A stretch of 32,000 nt of DNA, taken from positions 2,550,001 through 2,582,000 of the forward strand of contig NC_007969.1 of NCBI RefSeq assembly GCF_000013905.1. The letters are read 5' to 3'. Under the pieces are notes generated by a model. It was not told the origin of the DNA. It was given only the letters and a program-made list of their open reading frames with translations, and did not search any database. Below are positions 27,498 through 32,000 of the stretch, in pieces. Position numbers and translations under genes: made by a program. Source of the DNA: Psychrobacter cryohalolentis K5. GTDB lineage: Bacteria > Pseudomonadota > Gammaproteobacteria > Pseudomonadales > Moraxellaceae. The first letter of the stretch is position 1, and the number at the start of each line of letters is the position of its first letter.

Positions 27498-29600
27498 ATG
27501 CAGCAATTGGGTTTTCGTTCCGTATTTGCCAAGCTATTTGCCAGTGTCATGCTGGCGCTTATCTTGTTTGCTGTTGCGATGGTATTATTAACACAGCTGG
27601 TACATGATAAAGATGCGGGCATTCGCTCAGAGGTATTGGCCACGCAAATTTTAGGACAGATCGATCCTTTTTTGCATGAGCTAAATATCGCAGTTAGTAA
27701 GGAAAATCGCCTACAATCGCGTTTTATGCTAGCCGTAGTCAAAAAAAGCTTCGATATCTTTGATGAGTCATTGCAGGCAAAAATGGGCTTATATGACAGC
27801 GAAGGTCATCTACTGATGCAAACAGATAATAGCGATTTGCCGCTAGAGCTTCCTGCTACGCCGTCTTTGTTCTCACGCGTTTTCCCCTCTTTTGCAGAAA
27901 CGTCACCAACCAAGCAAGCTCAAGTTTATAGTAGTACTGGCTATACGCTATTATATGAGTCACGCTTGCCACCCAAAAAGCCGGTTCTCTCTGCTGCGCT
28001 TAACTTATTTACTGGCACGCTCTTATTGCTACTCATTATGGCAGGCGTCCTTTGGTGGATTGCCCGGACCATTACTTGGCGTATTAATCAGATGAGTCTA
28101 CAGATGGCTCAGCTTGGCGATGGTGACTTTACCGTACGGGTAAATGCACGCGGCAATGATGAAATCGCCTCACTGGCACGTGGATTTAATCAAGCAGCAC
28201 AAAAGATTGAACACCTTATTGATGCCAATAATTTATTACTTGCACATGCCTCTCATGAGCTGCGTACACCCATAACACGTATTCGTCTACAGATTGAGAT
28301 GATGGACATGCTGACAGGTCCATTGCCAAGTGACAACAAAGCCAAGTTTGATAAGCGCGCTCAAGCTATTAATCGCGACCTCTCAGGTCTCAATGATTTG
28401 GTTGAAAGTATTCTATTAGTGAGCCGTTTGGATGCCGGTCATGCCTTACAGCAAGTTGAAAATTTAGATTTATATGATTTGGTGAATCAAGAACGCCAAC
28501 ACTATCCTGAAGCAACGTTAATTGGTGAGCACATCGTGATTGACGGTCAATCATCAATGCTCACCCATCTAATTCGCAATCTATTAACCAATGCCATGCT
28601 GCATGGAAAACCACCAGTCACTGTGCTGCTGTATGGCGTGCAAACCCTTGAAGAAGCTGAAGATATCCCTGATTTTTTATTGCAGACAGTATTGTGCAGT
28701 AGTTTTATAGACTATAACAGCTCAGACTTTTATTCTGATGAGTCATCTTATAGTACAAATCCGCTTGATCATCAGCAAGATACCGTATCAGAGCCGAATA
28801 ATTCTATTAGCGCAGCGCTTCCAAAGCCAAAAGTAGCAAATAGTGAGTCTGTAGTGATATTACCAGCACCAGCTATTTATCAAAATGGTGAAAATTTGGT
28901 GAATGATGCTAATACTAGTACTGACAATGAATCTGATAATATTGTGAATCAAGAGAGTGATAGCGCCAATTTAGAGCAAGTAGAGCCTACTAATACGAGC
29001 GAGACACTTGAAAAGGTTGGTAATTCTTCATTGTTTGATAATTATCATAGTTTTACATCAGATTTGACCGATAAGCTAAAGAAAGTGATGTGGCGTGCTG
29101 TGCCTGAGAAGCAATGGTCTTCTGAAGATCATGACCATGCTATTGATGACATCTCTGGTAAAAATGCTATCAATAGCGATAAAGAAGATGCCAATAAAGT
29201 GAATAAAAATAGTGATGTTGCGATAAAAGAAAGTGATAAAGCAATCGATAAAGAAAGTCCTGAAACGTCAAATACCACCCGTAAAGAAAGCCTATTTAGC
29301 AAACATCTCAAAAAATCTAAACCGGAGCCAACACGTCCGCTTCCGAAGTATGTGGTATTGGCAGTGATTGATGAGGGTGATGGCATCCCTGAAAATAAAC
29401 GTGAAGAAGTTTTTAGCCCCTTTGTGCGCTTGCAGCAAAAAAATAAAGGCTCAGGTCTTGGCTTGTCCTTAGTATCACAAATTGTCACCGCCCATCAAGG
29501 AAGAATCACTACTGACACTATCAATGGTCACACGCGATTTTTGGTGGTATTACCTGTTAAGCTCGATCCGCATTACCACCATCATGACAATCGTGACTGA
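27498..29600 (+). CDS. Sensor histidine kinase (RstB/BfmS-like) with a low-complexity insertion of about 230 aa inside the HATPase domain
   Basis: Two TM helices bracket a periplasmic segment of about 130 aa. HAMP domain (ITWRINQMSLQMAQLGDGDFTV). H-box LLAHASHELRTPITRIRLQIEMM. N-box LIRNLLTNAMLHG at about residue 358. The D/G1-box VIDEGDGIP appears only at about residue 623, and the G2 box is GSGLGLSLV. Confidence 0.9.
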   Translation: MQQLGFRSVFAKLFASVMLALILFAVAMVLLTQLVHDKDAGIRSEVLATQILGQIDPFLHELNIAVSKENRLQSRFMLAVVKKSFDIFDESLQAKMGLYDSEGHLLMQTDNSDLPLELPATPSLFSRVFPSFAETSPTKQAQVYSSTGYTLLYESRLPPKKPVLSAALNLFTGTLLLLLIMAGVLWWIARTITWRINQMSLQMAQLGDGDFTVRVNARGNDEIASLARGFNQAAQKIEHLIDANNLLLAHASHELRTPITRIRLQIEMMDMLTGPLPSDNKAKFDKRAQAINRDLSGLNDLVESILLVSRLDAGHALQQVENLDLYDLVNQERQHYPEATLIGEHIVIDGQSSMLTHLIRNLLTNAMLHGKPPVTVLLYGVQTLEEAEDIPDFLLQTVLCSSFIDYNSSDFYSDESSYSTNPLDHQQDTVSEPNNSISAALPKPKVANSESVVILPAPAIYQNGENLVNDANTSTDNESDNIVNQESDSANLEQVEPTNTSETLEKVGNSSLFDNYHSFTSDLTDKLKKVMWRAVPEKQWSSEDHDHAIDDISGKNAINSDKEDANKVNKNSDVAIKESDKAIDKESPETSNTTRKESLFSKHLKKSKPEPTRPLPKYVVLAVIDEGDGIPENKREEVFSPFVRLQQKNKGSGLGLSLVSQIVTAHQGRITTDTINGHTRFLVVLPVKLDPHYHHHDNRD

Positions 29601-29904
29601 TTTTATTCGTTCATATCATAAACAAACTCTCAAAAGTGCTATAGGATAAGAACTACAAGCCTTTAGCATGTATAGCGATCAATAAGTCAGAAAAACATAC
29701 CATAATGACATCCTACCTATTTCATTCTATATATCTTGATATTGACTAAGCTAAGTTCAAAGTCAATCATCGATGCCTGTATCAAAAACCTTGCATAATA
29801 TGCTATATTAGCGCCCCTTATTATGGGGTTATCGAATGTGGTTTTAACTCAACTGCTCAGCAGTCAGAGAGACGACGACCACTTTATAACCACTAAAACA
29901 TTTA

Positions 29905-30693
29905 TTGAATTTTGAGCCTTCCATGAGTGACATGATTGTCTTAAACGATGTGACCAAGAGTTTTTTGAGTGACCGGTCTATAAAAGATAAAAACGGCAAG
30001 CCGCATTGGTTTACTGCTGTCGAGCCGACGTCACTAACCGTCCAGCAAGGTGAGATTTTTGGCTTGATGGGCTATTCAGGTGCGGGTAAATCAACGCTTT
30101 TACGCCTGATTAATTTGCTTGAACGTCCTGATTCAGGTCAAGTAATTATCGATGGTACAGACCTGACTTCTTTGTCTGCCAGTGACTTGCGTATCGCCCG
30201 TCACAATATCGGTATGATTTTTCAGCAATTTAATCTGATGTCTAATCGCACCGTCTTTGACAATGTTGCTTTTAACTTAACGGTTGCAGGCTACCCTCGC
30301 GCTGATATTCATAAGCGTGTCATGGATTGTTTAGACATCGTTGATTTAACCGACCGCGCTAGCCACTATCCTGCGCAGTTGTCAGGCGGACAAAAACAGC
30401 GTGTTGGTATCGCCCGTGCGATTGCGCCAAGCCCAAAAGTACTCCTTGCTGATGAGCCAACCAGTGCGCTCGATCCTGCCACTACGCGCAGTTTGTTGAC
30501 TTGCTTACGCGATATCAATGAGCAGCTTGGCGTCACTATCGTCATTGTGACTCATGAGATGAGCGTCATTCGCAGACTATGTGACCGTGCAGCCTTGTTA
30601 CATCAAGGACAATTGCTCGAAGTAGCAGACATCCGCGATGGTCTCATTCAGGCCACCACCCCAATTGGCAAAGGCTTAGTCCACGAAGACTAA
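29905..30693 (+). CDS. metN: Methionine ABC transporter ATP-binding protein (short form without the C-terminal NIL/C2 domain)
   Basis: Walker A GYSGAGKST, LSGGQKQR, Walker B VLLADEPTSALD, and H-loop VTHEM. Colinear with E. coli MetN from MIVLNDVTKSF, so the likely start is the ATG at 29932 or 29923 rather than the TTG at 29905. It ends about 20 aa after the ABC core. Confidence 0.88.
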   Translation: MNFEPSMSDMIVLNDVTKSFLSDRSIKDKNGKPHWFTAVEPTSLTVQQGEIFGLMGYSGAGKSTLLRLINLLERPDSGQVIIDGTDLTSLSASDLRIARHNIGMIFQQFNLMSNRTVFDNVAFNLTVAGYPRADIHKRVMDCLDIVDLTDRASHYPAQLSGGQKQRVGIARAIAPSPKVLLADEPTSALDPATTRSLLTCLRDINEQLGVTIVIVTHEMSVIRRLCDRAALLHQGQLLEVADIRDGLIQATTPIGKGLVHED

Positions 30694-30712
30694 TGAGGCA
30701 GGAGAAATAAAC

Positions 30713-31399
30713 ATGATAACTGGTGCAGAATTATCCGCCTCGATAGACAAGCTACTCGCCCTGCGTAAAGAGATTTGGCAGGCATTTTTAGATACTTTCA
30801 TTATGCTTGGTATCTCAACGACAGTTGCCATTCTTATCGGTGGTCTGTTTGGCGTCTTCTTATTTTTATCCAGTGATCGGCAGTTTTTACAAAATAAAAC
30901 GCTCTATGCTGTACTTGGTGGCATTACAAACTTTATGCGTGCTTTTCCATTCGTCATTTTGATGATTGCCATGAGTCCCTTTACCAAAGCTATCGTCGGT
31001 ACTGGTATTGGTCCTATCGCAGCATCATTGGTGCTTGCAATTGCTGGCTCATTTTACTTTGCGCGCTTGGTTGAGCAAAACTTACGTGAAGTGCCGCGCG
31101 GTATTATTGAAGCAACTGAATCGATGGGCGCCCGTCCCTTTACCATCATCAAAGTACTGCTTAATGAAGCACGCTCTGGCTTGGTCTTGTCCGTGACCAT
31201 CCTTTGTATCAGCTTGCTCTCTTTTTCAGCAGCGGCTGGTATGATTGGCGGCGGCGGTTTAGGTGATTTGGCAATTCGATATGGTTACTATCGTTATCAG
31301 ACTGAGGTAATGGTATTCATCGTCATTATGCTGTCAATCATGGTCATCGGCATCCAAGCCTTAGGAAATTGGGTCGCGACTCGATTAGATAAACGTTAA
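30713..31399 (+). CDS. metI: Methionine ABC transporter permease
   Basis: 228 aa with five hydrophobic helices and the EAA-loop region EATESMGARPFTIIKVLLNEA typical of MetI. AGGAGA lies upstream. Located between metN and metQ. Confidence 0.9.
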   Translation: MITGAELSASIDKLLALRKEIWQAFLDTFIMLGISTTVAILIGGLFGVFLFLSSDRQFLQNKTLYAVLGGITNFMRAFPFVILMIAMSPFTKAIVGTGIGPIAASLVLAIAGSFYFARLVEQNLREVPRGIIEATESMGARPFTIIKVLLNEARSGLVLSVTILCISLLSFSAAAGMIGGGGLGDLAIRYGYYRYQTEVMVFIVIMLSIMVIGIQALGNWVATRLDKR

Positions 31400-31559
31400 A
31401 AAACTGTGATCACTTGGCTCATTGAAGTTAGATATTGATGACTGAGTGATGCTTGATATGAATAGTTTACAGGGTCTAATGCTGATTCATCCTAAGCAAA
31501 TGCTTGACTTTGTAACTGATTCCCTTTAATTTTGATACTATCTTAACACTCGTTAACTT

Positions 31560-31591
31560 AGCAGCATTACTATTCATAATGTTGCTTTTTT
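31560..31591 (+). terminator. Terminator or attenuator-like hairpin in the metI-metQ spacer
   Basis: gcagcatta-ctattca-taatgttgc followed by tttttt. The 9-bp stem includes one G:U pair. Confidence 0.4.
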
Positions 31592-31664
31592 AATGCGGTT
31601 TTTTAATTCTATTTTTAATCTCAGTATTTTATCCTTTGACTCCTACCCTTATTAAGGAATTTCC

Positions 31665-32000
31665 ATGAAATTAACAGATATCAGCCGTCAAGTAGCGACT
31701 GCATTTGCTGCTGTTGGCGTATCAGGTCTAGTGTTGGTCGGTTGCAATAATTCATCAGCACCAGAAGCCACCAAAGAGCCAGTTACTGAAGGCGCAACCG
31801 AAACTACCAATACAGAAACCACTGCGACCAGTGATATTGATCCTGAACATAGTAAAATCGTCATCGGTACGACCGAAGGTGACTTTGCAGATATGGTTCG
31901 TAACCAAGTAAAAGGTTCATTAGAAGCACAAGGCTATGAAGTTGAACTGGTAACCTTTACTGATTATGTCCGTCCAAACGTTGCGTTAGCAGATGGCGAT
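31665..32000 (+). CDS. metQ: Methionine-binding lipoprotein MetQ (NlpA family), 5' part only; continues beyond the window
   Basis: ATG at 31665. MKLTDISRQVATAFAAVGVSGLVLVGC carries a lipobox. The following KIVIGTTEGDFADMVRNQVKGSLEAQGYEVELVTFTDYVRPNVALADGD matches the MetQ N-terminal lobe. The frame is open to position 32000. Confidence 0.9.
   Translation, partial: MKLTDISRQVATAFAAVGVSGLVLVGCNNSSAPEATKEPVTEGATETTNTETTATSDIDPEHSKIVIGTTEGDFADMVRNQVKGSLEAQGYEVELVTFTDYVRPNVALADGD

Noticed and set aside
29129-29488. 119-aa minus-strand ORF overlapping the kinase insertion region.
   Set aside because: It is antisense to the in-frame kinase coding sequence, and its product is low-complexity Ser/Leu-rich. 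The forward frame continues seamlessly into the G1 and G2 boxes, so the forward reading is the real gene.
29601-29931. Possible SAM or methionine riboswitch in the metN leader, based on small hairpins such as cccc-ttatta-tgggg (about 29816-29829) and ctgc-tca-gcag (about 29853-29863).
   Set aside because: I cannot match the region to any SAM-I, SAM-II, SAM-V or other riboswitch consensus by eye, and the hairpins are short. It needs an Infernal/Rfam scan before any claim can be made.
1-32000. Search for CRISPR arrays, IS or transposase genes, integrases, tRNA or rRNA genes, phage genes, toxin-antitoxin pairs or defence-island signatures.
   Set aside because: No direct-repeat/spacer array is visible. 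No ORF carries transposase, integrase, nuclease or helicase defence-type motifs, and no tRNA-like T-arm (GGTTCGAATCC) was seen in the intergenic regions. Gene content and composition look uniformly chromosomal.

Overview
This looks like ordinary chromosomal (core-genome) DNA from a moderately AT-rich gammaproteobacterium. Gene content and protein sequences resemble Moraxellaceae (Psychrobacter-like), but the taxon is inference only. Nearly all long ORFs are interpretable. From left to right: (1) A minus-strand periplasmic cluster of imelysin, DUF1111 di-haem protein, imelysin-like protein and the start of a DUF1513-like gene, with a Fur-box-like palindrome upstream. (2) An OmpA-family lipoprotein. 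(3) A PlsC/YihG-type acyltransferase. (4) A membrane protein with an S1-S4 voltage-sensor-like domain but no pore. (5) minC-minD-minE, with an unusually long minC-minD spacer. (6) Cytochrome b561. (7) A complete Pil-Chp twitching-motility chemosensory cluster, pilG-pilH-pilI-pilJ-pilK-chpA-chpB-chpC, about 12.6 kb on the minus strand. (8) An orphan membrane-fusion-protein-like lipoprotein. (9) An OmpR-type response regulator and a sensor kinase carrying a large low-complexity insertion in its ATPase domain. (10) metN-metI-metQ, truncated at the window end. I found no rRNA, tRNA, CRISPR array, IS element, integrase or recognisable defence or toxin genes. I do not see a convincing new multi-gene system. 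The points most worth follow-up are single-gene architectural oddities: the pore-less voltage-sensor protein, a PilJ receptor with no periplasmic domain, the split kinase ATPase domain and the hairpin-less orphan adaptor. A few non-coding structures are also noted. All family calls come from motifs read by eye in the supplied translations; no database search was run.
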